Part shown: positions 1 through 9,441 of the stretch, piece after piece
Layout of the letters: every line of letters begins with the position of its first letter
How positions within the stretch are numbered: the first letter of the stretch is position 1
Source of the DNA: an uncultured Candidatus Saccharibacteria bacterium
GTDB taxonomy: Bacteria > Patescibacteriota > Minisyncoccia > Phycocordibacterales > UBA918
Assembly: GCA_964649535.1 (NCBI GenBank)
Contig: CAZYTF010000001.1
Span: 1,521 to 65,520 of the forward strand
Direction of reading: 5' to 3'
Length of the DNA: 64,000 nt
Notes under the pieces: model-generated
Databases searched by the model: none
Seen by the model: only the letters and a program-made list of their open reading frames with translations
Told to the model about the DNA's origin: nothing
Made by a program: the position numbers and the translations under genes

Positions 1-352
1 AACACAAGTACTTTCAGCTATAAAGGGATTATCAAAGTCAAAAGTAAGTCAACTGATTATTGCATATGAGCCAATATGGGCGATTAGTAAGGGTGATGGA
101 AAGGGGAAGACGGCAACTCCTGAAGACGCCCATGAGATGAAGTTATTTATTCAAAAAATCCTCGCTGATTTTTTTGGAAGAAAAACAGTAGATAAAATTA
201 GGATTCTATATGGAGGTTCTGTTAATTCGCAAAATGCAGAAGAACTTTTTGCTGTAGGACAAGTGGATGGTTTTCTTGTGGGAGGTGCAAGTCTAAAACC
301 AAAAGAATTTATTTCAATTATAAATACTGTCGAAACGTATGCCAACACATAA
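1..352 (+). CDS. tpiA: Triosephosphate isomerase, C-terminal part (5' end lies outside the window)
   Basis: In-frame translation from position 2 gives ...IAYEPIWAI...ILYGGSVN...GFLVGGASLKP, which is the TIM signature region. The ORF runs to the stop at 350-352. Confidence 0.8.
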   Translation, partial: TQVLSAIKGLSKSKVSQLIIAYEPIWAISKGDGKGKTATPEDAHEMKLFIQKILADFFGRKTVDKIRILYGGSVNSQNAEELFAVGQVDGFLVGGASLKPKEFISIINTVETYANT

Positions 353-1478
353 ATTGCCTGCCGTTACTGAGTGTACAGATTTGAAAGGAAAATATGTGCT
401 ACTTCGCTCTTCACTCAATGTGCCTATTGCCGACAATCAAATAAAAAATCATTTTAGGATTACTCGAGCTATTCCAACGCTAGAGTACTTAGTTAAAGCT
501 GGAGCTCGCGTTATTCTGTGTGCGCATATTGGTAGAGAAAAAGAGAACACTCTTGAACCAATATTTACATATCTTCAAGATACATTCACCATTCACTTTT
601 CCGATGAGGTTGTTGGGCCACATACAAAAGAAATGCAGGAAGGCCTTAAAGATGGAGAGATTCTCATGCTCGAAAATCTTAGGCGTGACCCGCGTGAGCA
701 AAAAAATGATGCAGATTTTGCACGTTCACTCGCAGACTTGGCAGAGTTGTATGTAAACGATGCATTTGCAGCTTCACACAGAGAACACGCTTCACTTATT
801 GGCGTACCTGCATTTCTGCCTACGTATTTTGGAATCAATTTCCTACTTGAGTATGAAGAGCTACAAAAAGCAGAAAAGCCAGAGAGTCCTTCTTTGTTTA
901 TTCTAGGTGGTGCTAAGTTTGAAACAAAAATGCCACTAGTAGAAAAATTTTTGGATTTGTATGACCATGTATTTGTTGGGGGTGCACTTGCTAATGACTT
1001 TTTTAAAGCTAAAGGTATTGAAATTGGAAAGTCATTGATATCGGATGTAGATCTTACAGGGAGCCCTCTTTTGTCAAACGAAAAAATACTTCTACCGAAA
1101 GATCTCGTTGTTCGAGATGATTCTGGAGCTACTAGAGTTGTCATTGTTGAGGATGTACGACCAGATGAGACCATTGTAGACTCGGGGCCAGCAACAATTC
1201 AGATGCTGGAGTTGTTCATCAGAAATGCAAAAATTATTTTGTGGAATGGACCGCTTGGAAATTACGAAGCTGGTTTCAATACTGAAACACTAGCGCTGGC
1301 TACTTTGCTCGCCAATGCCCCAGGGCGTTCAATGGTGGGTGGTGGAGATACCGTCGCTGCGATTGAGTCACTTGGCTTCCAAGATAAATACACCTATCTT
1401 TCAGGTGCGGGTGGGGCAATGCTTACTTTCTTGGAAAAAGGTTCCTTGCCAGCAATTGATGTTGTTGTAAAAAAGTAA
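339..1478 (+). CDS. pgk: Phosphoglycerate kinase
   Basis: 379 aa. Contains PGK N-terminal motifs (KGKYVLLRSSLNVP, ARVILCAHIGRE), and PGK-like GGA..F. and GGGDT(V)AA motifs towards the C-terminus. The start overlaps the tpiA stop by 14 nt. Confidence 0.9.
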   Translation: MPTHKLPAVTECTDLKGKYVLLRSSLNVPIADNQIKNHFRITRAIPTLEYLVKAGARVILCAHIGREKENTLEPIFTYLQDTFTIHFSDEVVGPHTKEMQEGLKDGEILMLENLRRDPREQKNDADFARSLADLAELYVNDAFAASHREHASLIGVPAFLPTYFGINFLLEYEELQKAEKPESPSLFILGGAKFETKMPLVEKFLDLYDHVFVGGALANDFFKAKGIEIGKSLISDVDLTGSPLLSNEKILLPKDLVVRDDSGATRVVIVEDVRPDETIVDSGPATIQMLELFIRNAKIILWNGPLGNYEAGFNTETLALATLLANAPGRSMVGGGDTVAAIESLGFQDKYTYLSGAGGAMLTFLEKGSLPAIDVVVKK

Positions 1479-1487
1479 GTACCAAAT

Positions 1488-1520
1488 ACAAAAGGAGGTT
1501 TAAAAACCTCCTTTTGTTGT
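1488..1520. terminator. Bidirectional intrinsic terminator between convergent pgk and the HIT gene
   Basis: Hairpin aaaaggaggttt-aaaa-acctcctttt flanked by A/T runs on both strands. Confidence 0.5.
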
Positions 1521-1526
1521 AGTTAC

Positions 1527-1952
1527 TTAATCTAAATCACTTTCATCCGTGCCTTCCATTGCCGCCTGAATTTGAGTTGCGACGACAGCGAGTTCTTCGT
1601 CAGTAGCTTCCATGCCTTCAGACATTATCATACTTAGTGCCTTTTCAGTGTTTTGCATCGGGTAAATTTTTATATGCACGTGAGGAACCTCAAACCCTTC
1701 AACAACCAAGCATGTCCTTTCTGCATTCAGTGCTTTGTCAGAAGCTTTCCCAACCTTTTTGGCGACTTGAAAAAGGTGCAGATACGTATCATCGTCAAGA
1801 TCAAAGGCATAGTCAACATCTTTTTTTGGGATAATAACTGATTGACCTTTAACTGCAGGATTTTTGTCTAAAATGGCAATACAAAGATCGTCTTCATAAA
1901 TAAAATGAGCAGGAACCTCGCGCTTTATGATTTTTGTGAAAATAGAAGACAT
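1527..1952 (-). CDS. HIT-family (histidine triad) nucleotide hydrolase
   Basis: 141 aa with a histidine-triad motif VPHVHIKIYP and a HIT-like N-terminus (FTKIIKREVPAHFIYEDD). Confidence 0.85.
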   Translation of the reverse strand: MSSIFTKIIKREVPAHFIYEDDLCIAILDKNPAVKGQSVIIPKKDVDYAFDLDDDTYLHLFQVAKKVGKASDKALNAERTCLVVEGFEVPHVHIKIYPMQNTEKALSMIMSEGMEATDEELAVVATQIQAAMEGTDESDLD

Positions 1953-1963
1953 GACTGGATATT

Positions 1964-3724
1964 ATGAGATTATTGGAACATGGTACCATAGCTTTCATGG
2001 TTAACTACAGAGTGGCAGATGCTGCCCCCAAAGAGGTCAAAGAAATTCTGTTTGAGTATAGTCCTTTGGTGCAACAATTGCTCTATTCTCGGGGTATTGT
2101 AACGGTCAATGAGGCTCAATCTTTTTTAAATCCCTCATATGAAACTGATTTGCATGACCCGTTCCTTTTGCATGATATGGATATAGCAGTCACGCGAATT
2201 CTTGATGCAATGAAGAAAGATCAGAAGGTAGTTATTTATAGTGATTACGACTGTGATGGAATTCCGGGAGCTGTCATTCTCCATGATTTTTTTAAAATGG
2301 TTGGCTTTGGTAACTTCACTAACTATATCCCCCATAGACACTATGAAGGATTTGGCTTCAGTACCTACGCAGTGGGGAAGCTGTCTGAGGATGCTGTAGA
2401 GCTCATCATTACTATTGACTGTGGGACAACTGACGTTGAAGCTGCGGCACTTGCTAAAGAGAAGGGAATTGATGTCATTATTACTGACCATCATGAACCT
2501 AAACAATCTGAAAAAAAAGAACTAATGTTTCCTCAGGCGCATGCTATTGTGAATCCAAAGATTGGCGATACGTATCCGTTTGGAGGCTTGTGTGGAGCTG
2601 GCGTTGTTTTTAAGCTGGCTCAAGCGCTCATTGCTAAAGGTGTTCAAGAGCACATGTTTGAAATAAAACCAGGCTTGGAAAAGTGGTGGCTCGATATGGT
2701 GGGTATTGCAACTATCGCAGATATGGTGCCACTTACAGGTGAAAATCGTGCACTTGCGTATTATGGACTTCAGGTGCTGAGGAAGTCCCGACGTCCAGGG
2801 CTGCAGCAGCTTCTTCGCAAACAAGGGGTTCAACAAAGGTCACTGACCGAAGACGATATTGGATTTACTATTGGCCCTCGCATTAATGCGGCCTCAAGAA
2901 TGGATAATCCTGAAGATGCGTTTTGTCTGCTCACAACAACCGATGAAGGAGATGCAGGAGCCAGGGCAGCGCATTTGGAAAAATTGAATAATGAACGGCG
3001 AGGTCTCGTTGCTGCAATGACTAAAGAAGCGCATAAGCGACTTAAAGATATTGTTGAGGTACCTGATGTGCTGGTGATGGGAAATCCTGATTGGCGCCCT
3101 GCGTTGGTTGGACTTGTTGCGAATAAGCTGGCGGAAGAATATAAACGCCCGGCGTTCTTGTGGGGACGAGATGGAAATGGGGTAATAAAAGGTTCGTGTC
3201 GCTCAGACGGGCGGGTGAGCGTTGTGCGTCTTATGGAGGGTGTCACAGATCATTTTGATGAGCACGGTGGACACCATCAATCTGGTGGATTTAGTGTAGT
3301 AGAAGGTTCCATACATACCTTCTCGAAAGCACTTAATGACGCCTATGTTGCTTTGGGCGAAGGAGCTCTGATAGATGAAGAGTTACTCGTGGATCTTTCA
3401 TTGGAACTTCACGACATAGATACTGCCTTTTTGCGTGAACAAGTGAGTCTTTCGCCATTTGGTGTACATAACCCAAAGCCATTGTATGAGTTTAAAGATA
3501 TCGAGCCAACTTCGGTAGATATTTTCGGGAAAACAAAAGAACATACAAAACTTTTGTTCGAAACAGCAGGAATCGCTCGTGAAGCAATTGCCTTTTTTCG
3601 TTTGCCAGGACAGTTCTGTGCGGAACCAAAAGTGGGCCAAAAGCTAACGCTTTTGGCCCACTTAGAGCAGTCTTTTTTCATGGGGCGCCAACAAACTCGC
3701 TTACGCATCATAGATATTGTATAG
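1964..3724 (+). CDS. recJ: Single-stranded-DNA-specific exonuclease RecJ (DHH/DHHA1)
   Basis: 586 aa with DHH motifs (VVIYSDYDCDGIPG, ITDHHEP), GGH and a DHHA1-like C-terminus. The exact start is uncertain; the gene is divergent from the HIT gene with an 11-nt gap. Confidence 0.85.
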   Translation: MRLLEHGTIAFMVNYRVADAAPKEVKEILFEYSPLVQQLLYSRGIVTVNEAQSFLNPSYETDLHDPFLLHDMDIAVTRILDAMKKDQKVVIYSDYDCDGIPGAVILHDFFKMVGFGNFTNYIPHRHYEGFGFSTYAVGKLSEDAVELIITIDCGTTDVEAAALAKEKGIDVIITDHHEPKQSEKKELMFPQAHAIVNPKIGDTYPFGGLCGAGVVFKLAQALIAKGVQEHMFEIKPGLEKWWLDMVGIATIADMVPLTGENRALAYYGLQVLRKSRRPGLQQLLRKQGVQQRSLTEDDIGFTIGPRINAASRMDNPEDAFCLLTTTDEGDAGARAAHLEKLNNERRGLVAAMTKEAHKRLKDIVEVPDVLVMGNPDWRPALVGLVANKLAEEYKRPAFLWGRDGNGVIKGSCRSDGRVSVVRLMEGVTDHFDEHGGHHQSGGFSVVEGSIHTFSKALNDAYVALGEGALIDEELLVDLSLELHDIDTAFLREQVSLSPFGVHNPKPLYEFKDIEPTSVDIFGKTKEHTKLLFETAGIAREAIAFFRLPGQFCAEPKVGQKLTLLAHLEQSFFMGRQQTRLRIIDIV

Positions 3725-3731
3725 TCAGGAG

Positions 3732-4154
3732 ATGGAAAAAGTAATTGCGTATACAGATGGGGAAGCCCGAGGCAATCCAGGGCCTGCAGGAATCGGTGTG
3801 TACATACAGAATGAACAAGGAATGCTGTTGAAAGAAATGTCCGATTTTATTGGGAACAGTACTGATGATTTTGCTCAATATCAGGGCGTCATGACTGCAC
3901 TTCAAGCACTTGAAGATATGTACGGAAAGAAGTTGAAAGAAATGGAGTTTGAGATACGGATGGGTAGTGAACTCGTAAAGAAACAGCTAAATCATGAATG
4001 TCAGATAAAGGAACCAGGGATTGTCCCGATGTTTATTGAAATCCACAACATGCGCGTTTCAAGTTTTCCAAATCTTATCATCACACATGTTTCGAGCAAT
4101 AAAAATGCAGAAGCTAACCGTTTAGCTAACGAAGCAATAGAGACTAAAGGATAA
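3732..4154 (+). CDS. rnhA: Ribonuclease H (RNase HI-like)
   Basis: N-terminus IAYTDGEARGNPGPAGIGV is typical of the RNase H fold. The ATG at 3732 lies 8 nt after the recJ stop, which suggests translational coupling; the ORF track starts at a TTG at 3717. Confidence 0.7.
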   Translation: MEKVIAYTDGEARGNPGPAGIGVYIQNEQGMLLKEMSDFIGNSTDDFAQYQGVMTALQALEDMYGKKLKEMEFEIRMGSELVKKQLNHECQIKEPGIVPMFIEIHNMRVSSFPNLIITHVSSNKNAEANRLANEAIETKG

Positions 4155-4240
4155 TCTTCCTTGACCATGGTTTGATTCCATAGTATTTTCCTATTCACCA
4201 CTATTCAATTTCAGAAGTAGTGCGTTCTTTGGAGGAATGA

Positions 4241-4459
4241 ATGACTATTACAACAACAGTCACTAAAAATTCTGGTTTGTCAGCACGCTTGGAATCTTTG
4301 CGTGAAAAACATGAAAAACTTGATACAAAAATTTTGGCAGCTCAAAATTGTGTTTGTCCGGATTCACTCGAAATCACAGAGGATAAGCGCAGGAAGCTTA
4401 AATGCAAAGAAGAGATTTTGCGGATTGAAGAAAAGATTTCGAAGCTCCAGGAAGGGTGA
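4241..4459 (+). CDS. Small coiled-coil protein, DUF465/YdcH-like
   Basis: 72 aa. KRRKLKCKEEILRIEEKISKL resembles the conserved LKKrKLxLKDEI segment of the YdcH family. GGAGG ribosome-binding site 6 nt upstream. Confidence 0.4.
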   Translation: MTITTTVTKNSGLSARLESLREKHEKLDTKILAAQNCVCPDSLEITEDKRRKLKCKEEILRIEEKISKLQEG

Positions 4460-4554
4460 GTTAGTGTCGTTGTTATATTAGGTCGGTGCAGATTACATCG
4501 ACCTCATATGCGATTGTCGTAATAAGGTATATTGATATTTGATACACTACGTAT

Positions 4555-6162
4555 ATGCGTGGTGTATTTTTTTATGTTGCTGTCATAGGATTAGTGTTGG
4601 GTATTTTTGCACGTTCTCTGTATGAGTTTGGGGTAGAGAGTATTGCCTGGATATTGTTTCTAAGTTTCACTGCGGTAGTTATTTGGAAAAGAAGTACCTT
4701 AGTTGCCAGGGAGGAAATTAGTTTTGAAAACAAGTCTTCATGGAATCAGCACTCTTCATTGTCGTTCGTTTTGTTGTGTAGCATCTTCATGCTTTGCATG
4801 TCACTTGGGGCGTTGCGGATGGAAGTAGCCAATTGGAAAGATGGTCAGAGTCAGTTTCTGTCTTCAGTTGGAAAAGAAGTTGCTTTTAGAGGGGTTGTAC
4901 AAAGAGAGCCAGATATTAGGGAAAATGCGACACATCTCTATGTGCGTGTAGATACAGAAATTGTATTGGTGACTACGGACAGGTTTGCAAATATACGTTA
5001 TGGTGATGAGCTTTTTGTGACGGGGAAGCTCATGGAGCCCTCCTCATTTGAAACAGACTTAGGCCGCACTTTTAATTACCCAGGATATTTGAGGGCACGA
5101 GGTGTTGCGTACATGATGCAGTATGCAGACATCGAAAAAGTTTCTTCCGGAAAGGGAAATCGTGTTGTCTCGGCACTTTTGTCTTTTAAGATGCGTTTCA
5201 TGGAGAATATTGAAACGGTGCTACAGGAACCACATGCGGGGCTTTCAGAAGGATTGCTTCTCGGAGTGAAACGTGCACTTGGAGAAGATCTTGAAACTGT
5301 CTTTAGGAAAACTGGCATAATCCATATTGTTGTACTCTCTGGCTATAACATCATGCTTGTTGTAGCGTTTGTCATGTATGTGCTCGCATTTCTTTTGCCA
5401 ATGCGCGCACGTCTTGTGTTTGGAATTGTCGCAGTGTCTGCTTTTGCGCTTATGGTTGGACTGAGTGCAACGGTCGTTCGCGCCAGTATTATGGCGGCAC
5501 TCGTTTTGGTTGCACGTTCGTTTGGTCGAACCTATACCGTTATGCGTGCACTTATGCTTGCTGGCCTTGTGATGCTTTTCATTAATCCCTACTTACCTGT
5601 GTATGATACGGGTTTTCAGCTTTCATTTGTCGCGACGCTTGGACTGATACTGGTTGCTCCGGTTATAGAGGCACGACTTCATCTCGTGCCAACAGTAATT
5701 GGTCTACGTGAATTCCTTACCGCGACACTAGCTACACAACTTTTTGTGATGCCAATATTGCTATACCAAATCGGTGAGTTTTCTGTGGTCTCAGTGGTGG
5801 TGAATGTACTTGTCCTCCCAATGGTTCCTGTTGCGATGCTTTTAACTTTTGCAGCTGGCATGCTTGTGTTTGTTTCTCATACACTTGCATTGCCGATAGC
5901 GTTTGTGGCATACGGGTCACTGACATACATAATTTCTGTAGCAACATTCTTTGCTGCACTCCCGTTCGCATCATTTGTTGTTCCCACATTCCCTTTTGTG
6001 GGTGTGCTTGTTGCGTATGGTGTCCTTGGTTACGGACTTTATTATTTTTCTCATGTTAAAAAAGATACTAAAGATACTCAGACGTTCTCGGAGTGGACGA
6101 TAGAGGAGGCTGCAGATGTAGAAAGAGAAAAAGAAAAGCCTCTGCCTGTGTTCTTTCGGTAG
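4555..6162 (+). CDS. comEC: ComEC/Rec2 competence channel protein (DUF4131 plus Competence domain; no MBL domain)
   Basis: 535 aa polytopic membrane protein. Has an N-terminal OB-like region and the competence-domain motif (IIHIVVLSGYNIM, many TM helices). It ends before any beta-lactamase-fold domain. Confidence 0.75.
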   Translation: MRGVFFYVAVIGLVLGIFARSLYEFGVESIAWILFLSFTAVVIWKRSTLVAREEISFENKSSWNQHSSLSFVLLCSIFMLCMSLGALRMEVANWKDGQSQFLSSVGKEVAFRGVVQREPDIRENATHLYVRVDTEIVLVTTDRFANIRYGDELFVTGKLMEPSSFETDLGRTFNYPGYLRARGVAYMMQYADIEKVSSGKGNRVVSALLSFKMRFMENIETVLQEPHAGLSEGLLLGVKRALGEDLETVFRKTGIIHIVVLSGYNIMLVVAFVMYVLAFLLPMRARLVFGIVAVSAFALMVGLSATVVRASIMAALVLVARSFGRTYTVMRALMLAGLVMLFINPYLPVYDTGFQLSFVATLGLILVAPVIEARLHLVPTVIGLREFLTATLATQLFVMPILLYQIGEFSVVSVVVNVLVLPMVPVAMLLTFAAGMLVFVSHTLALPIAFVAYGSLTYIISVATFFAALPFASFVVPTFPFVGVLVAYGVLGYGLYYFSHVKKDTKDTQTFSEWTIEEAADVEREKEKPLPVFFR

Positions 6163-6253
6163 TCTTCACAAGATAGTATTGTGTTGCATATTAATAATTT
6201 CTTCTCAAAATGGGTATACTAAATTTATATACATCGAGATACAGGAGGTTGTT

Positions 6254-6340
6254 ATGATAATTTTTCATTATCCAGTAAGTTTCCTCATTGTGTGTGTTGT
6301 ACTTCTTTTTCTTAGCGCATTAGTTTTGGGACTTATTTAG
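6254..6340 (+). CDS. 28-aa hydrophobic small ORF (MIIFHYPVSFLIVCVVLLFLSALVLGLI)
   Basis: ACAGGAGG ribosome-binding site 5 nt upstream of the ATG, a single predicted TM helix, and a hairpin plus T-run immediately downstream. It is below the 60-aa cutoff of the ORF track. Confidence 0.3.
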   Translation: MIIFHYPVSFLIVCVVLLFLSALVLGLI

Positions 6341-6352
6341 TATAAGTTGATT

Positions 6353-6389
6353 CGCCTGACTAGGCATGCAGCCTGGTCAGGTGCTTTTT
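6353..6389 (+). terminator. Hairpin plus U-run after the small ORF
   Basis: cctgac...gtcagg stem followed by cttttta. Confidence 0.4.
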
Positions 6390-6437
6390 AATAAAATATA
6401 TTTACCAACGCTTCATTCTCCCTTATACTAAGAAGAT

Positions 6438-7043
6438 ATGAAAAAAGTTAACATTCGCGAATCCCTTGGAGTAGGATGGTCACAATTTAAAAAACGGCCA
6501 TGGTACCTCCTCGGGCTCACGCTTGCAGTTGCGGGATTATTTGTAGTAGCTGGCGTTAATGAAGTGGGGGTTACAGCACTTGCCTATATTGTGTACGGTG
6601 GTTTTATAGCGATACTCCTTAAACATTACGCGGGTCAGGTTGTGGAATTCGATGATTTATTTGATATCGATAAACGGTGGGTTTACTTTGCATTCCTTGG
6701 AATAATCAAAACTTTGTTGATAATGCTTGGTTTTCTCTGCTTCGTAATTCCAGGAATCTACCTTTCTGTACGATGGATGTTTGCTGAACTCTTTGTTATT
6801 GACCAAGGAATGCGACCTGTAGAGGCACTCAGAGCGAGCAGCAAGATTGTCGAAGGACACTGGTGGAAGTTATTTTTGTTCAGCATTGCGGGAGTGTTAT
6901 TGGTAGTAGTGAGTCTCTTTGCGTTTATTGTTGGTGCTGTCATTGCGTGGATTGTCATGCATTTTGCAGTAATCAAAATATATAAAAATTTACAACTCAC
7001 TGAAGTATTGGTTGAAACAGAGGCTCCGTATATTGAAAATTAG
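6438..7043 (+). CDS. Integral membrane protein (DUF975-like topology), function unknown
   Basis: 201 aa with 4-5 predicted TM helices and no catalytic motif recognised. Confidence 0.5.
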   Translation: MKKVNIRESLGVGWSQFKKRPWYLLGLTLAVAGLFVVAGVNEVGVTALAYIVYGGFIAILLKHYAGQVVEFDDLFDIDKRWVYFAFLGIIKTLLIMLGFLCFVIPGIYLSVRWMFAELFVIDQGMRPVEALRASSKIVEGHWWKLFLFSIAGVLLVVVSLFAFIVGAVIAWIVMHFAVIKIYKNLQLTEVLVETEAPYIEN

Positions 7044-7046
7044 AAA

Positions 7047-7091
7047 GCACATAAAAAAGCGGCACCTTTGGGCGCCGCTTTTTTATGTGCT
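7047..7091. terminator. Bidirectional intrinsic terminator (17-bp inverted repeat)
   Basis: gcacataaaaaagcggc ... gccgcttttttatgtgc, lying between convergent genes. Confidence 0.6.
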
Positions 7092-7664
7092 TTACACTCG
7101 ACCTGCGACAACTTCCCAGTTGAGGTTTTCAAAGAAAGCATCGATATACTTTTTCTTTTCACTTGGCGGGTAGTCAAGCATGTATGAATGTTCCCACATG
7201 TCGAGTCCGAATACGATGTGCACATCAGCAAGTTGTCCAATGTGTTGCTCGTCCACCCATGTGCAGACAAGTTTGTGTACTGAAGCATCGAAATATACGA
7301 GCACCCAGCCTACTCCTCTCGTCATTGCGGTGCCAGAAACATGGGCAACGAATCCCTCCCAAGAACCATACTGCTCTTCAGCAAGAGTTTTGAAAGTTCC
7401 TTCAGGGACTTCTTTTGCTCCACCTTCAAACTGCTCAAAATAGTATTCGTGGTTTTTCATCCCTCCGAACTCAAATCCAAGACGACGGTTCACTTCAGCG
7501 AGTGCATACGCATTTTTTTCTGAATCTTGCTTTAGTTCAGCAATTTTTTCATGGATAAGATTCACATGTTTTACGTATCCTGCGTAAAGGCCTAAGTGTT
7601 CTTTAATGGTATTCTCTGAAATTCCTTTAAGTTTGGGAATAGTAAATGTTTTTATTTCGTACAT
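7092..7664 (-). CDS. sodA: Fe/Mn superoxide dismutase
   Basis: 190 aa from MYEIKTFTIPKL. The C-terminus DMWEHSYMLDY and the NHxxYF motifs are diagnostic for Fe/Mn SOD. The annotated 302-aa ORF carries a non-coding 5' extension. Confidence 0.9.
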   Translation of the reverse strand: MYEIKTFTIPKLKGISENTIKEHLGLYAGYVKHVNLIHEKIAELKQDSEKNAYALAEVNRRLGFEFGGMKNHEYYFEQFEGGAKEVPEGTFKTLAEEQYGSWEGFVAHVSGTAMTRGVGWVLVYFDASVHKLVCTWVDEQHIGQLADVHIVFGLDMWEHSYMLDYPPSEKKKYIDAFFENLNWEVVAGRV

Positions 7665-7713
7665 AGTGGTGATTTTACAGACCGGTAATGGTGACCAGTG
7701 TATCATATTCATA

Positions 7714-8577
7714 ATGACAGACACTCTTGCGCGTATGCGTCTCATGATTTTAATTATGCTGCTTCTATCTATGGCAGGGGTGTGGATATTGCCGAAGATG
7801 GAGGAAGAAGAACGGAATCCTGAACTTTTTGTATCCTTCCTTAACATCGGGCAAGGGGACGCTGTGTTTATCGAAACTGCATCAGGGGTACAGATACTTA
7901 TAGACGGCGGTCCAACCTCAGCGATACTTCGCGAACTTGCAGAGGTAATGGATATATTCGATACACACATTGATATTGTCGTCGGGACACATCCTGACAA
8001 AGATCATATTGGGGGACTTGTCGATGTTCTGAATCGATATAACGTTGATACTATTATTACTACTGAGAATGAGTCTGAAAGTGCAGTTTTCCAAGCATTT
8101 AAAGATGCAGTCGCTGCTGAAGAAGCGGATGTTATTCTGGCGCGAAGAGGGCAGATTGTTACGCTCGATGCCAGCACAACTCTTGAGATTTTGTTTCCAG
8201 AAAATAATCCAAAAGACATGGAAAGTAATGCTTCATCGATTGTGCTTAGGCTGACGTACGGAGAAAGTTCTTTTTTATTTACAGGAGATTCACCAAAACG
8301 AATTGAGGAGTACTTAGTGTTGGCAGAAGGGGAGTATCTCAAAAGTGATGTACTTAAGATTGGGCATCATGGTTCACGTACCTCAACATCCGAGATTTTT
8401 CTTGATGAAGTGCACCCTACCTATGCAGTTATTTCAGCAGGCAGAGATAATAGTTATGGACATCCACATGTTGAAGTCACTGACACGCTTTTCAACGCAG
8501 GCGTTCGAATCCTCAATACAGCAGAGGTTGGAAGAATTACTTTTGTATCTGACGGGGAAGGTATACAAGTTAAATAA
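7714..8577 (+). CDS. MBL-fold metallo-hydrolase, ComEC C-terminal (Lactamase_B) domain-like, stand-alone
   Basis: Motifs FLNIGQGDAVFIE, VVGTHPDKDHIGG and KIGHHGSRTSTS match the ComEC-type beta-lactamase domain. The N-terminus has a signal/TM segment. The start at ATG 7714 avoids overlap with sodA. Confidence 0.75.
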   Translation: MTDTLARMRLMILIMLLLSMAGVWILPKMEEEERNPELFVSFLNIGQGDAVFIETASGVQILIDGGPTSAILRELAEVMDIFDTHIDIVVGTHPDKDHIGGLVDVLNRYNVDTIITTENESESAVFQAFKDAVAAEEADVILARRGQIVTLDASTTLEILFPENNPKDMESNASSIVLRLTYGESSFLFTGDSPKRIEEYLVLAEGEYLKSDVLKIGHHGSRTSTSEIFLDEVHPTYAVISAGRDNSYGHPHVEVTDTLFNAGVRILNTAEVGRITFVSDGEGIQVK

Positions 8578-8600
8578 AAAAAGCGGCATGCCCGCTTTTG
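8577..8600. terminator. Intrinsic terminator (aagcgg-catgcc-cgctt)
   Basis: Hairpin with flanking A/T runs between convergent genes. Confidence 0.5.
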
Positions 8601-8602
8601 GT

Positions 8603-9001
8603 CTACTCACTGACAGGCATTCGAGTCAATAACTTTTGGTAATCGGACTCGACGTGCGCTATCGTTCGTTGCGTATGTGCTAGAGCAAGAAGGTATGCAA
8701 TTTCTCTTTGCATACTCTCACTTTCGATTCTTGACTCTGGTGTTGTAAAAATGGTGCTGTAGTACAGTTCGTAACTTGTCAGAATCATGCCCAACACTTT
8801 GCTGACTTCATTCAATCCAAAGTGTTTTGACAGCAACCCAAGTATTTGTCGTTCAGTCCTGACTTGCGTGTGTGAACGAACTGCAAGTTCGGAATTGAAG
8901 TAAAGTTCTTGGCATGCTTTTATCAGCAGTTGCCATCGCTCTGGACTGAGTTTCGTTATACGACGTCGTGAAGATATGTGAATAATGTTTGATTTTCCCA
9001 T
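8603..9001 (-). CDS. Hypothetical protein (possible HTH-containing)
   Basis: 132 aa. AGGAGAAG ribosome-binding site and a TATACT -10 upstream. No confident family. Confidence 0.4.
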   Translation of the reverse strand: MGKSNIIHISSRRRITKLSPERWQLLIKACQELYFNSELAVRSHTQVRTERQILGLLSKHFGLNEVSKVLGMILTSYELYYSTIFTTPESRIESESMQREIAYLLALAHTQRTIAHVESDYQKLLTRMPVSE

Positions 9002-9069
9002 GTTCTTCTCCTAATGTTCTGTGTTCCTGTGCGAGTATAGCAAAAATATGTGCATTAGACAGAGAATAA

Positions 9070-9102
9070 GAAAAAGCCGAACGCTTTGCGTTCGGCTTTT
9101 TC
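9070..9102 (-). terminator. Intrinsic terminator downstream of rpmB
   Basis: aagccgaacgc-tttg-cgttcggctt followed by a T-run. Confidence 0.55.
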
Positions 9103-9118
9103 TTGTATCTTCACAAAT

Positions 9119-9361
9119 CTAAATAAGTTTTGCTTCCTTAAGTGTTTTGTATGCACCGTTCTTTGCGATAGTTCGAAGTGCTTTAGTAGAAACATTTATT
9201 GTTACGTACTTATCAATCTCTGCAACAAATATTCGCTTCTTTTGAAGGTTTGGAGCTCGTTTCGTTTTGCCGCTAGGGTTAAACTGCGTCGCACGAGTAC
9301 GGTTGCTGTATTTTCCTCCGATTTGGGTTTTCTTCCCTGTGATGTCGCATTGCTTTGCCAT
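9119..9361 (-). CDS. rpmB: 50S ribosomal protein L28
   Basis: 80 aa. MAKQCDITGKKTQIGGKYSNRTRATQFNP is a typical bL28 N-terminus. Confidence 0.85.
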   Translation of the reverse strand: MAKQCDITGKKTQIGGKYSNRTRATQFNPSGKTKRAPNLQKKRIFVAEIDKYVTINVSTKALRTIAKNGAYKTLKEAKLI

Positions 9362-9441
9362 ATAATTGGTTTCTTTAGTGGCGCTATCGTACCATAGTCC
9401 TTTGATTCTGCAAGCCTTTTGCAGTAGTATAGTGCTTACTT

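Noticed and set aside
593-1174. 193-aa minus-strand ORF inside pgk
   Set aside because: Low-complexity Ser/Arg-rich antisense shadow of a confidently identified gene.
7665-8000. N-terminal 112 aa of the 302-aa ORF containing sodA
   Set aside because: SOD homology begins at MYEIKTF (7664). The upstream part is Cys/Ser-rich read-through that overlaps the convergent MBL gene.
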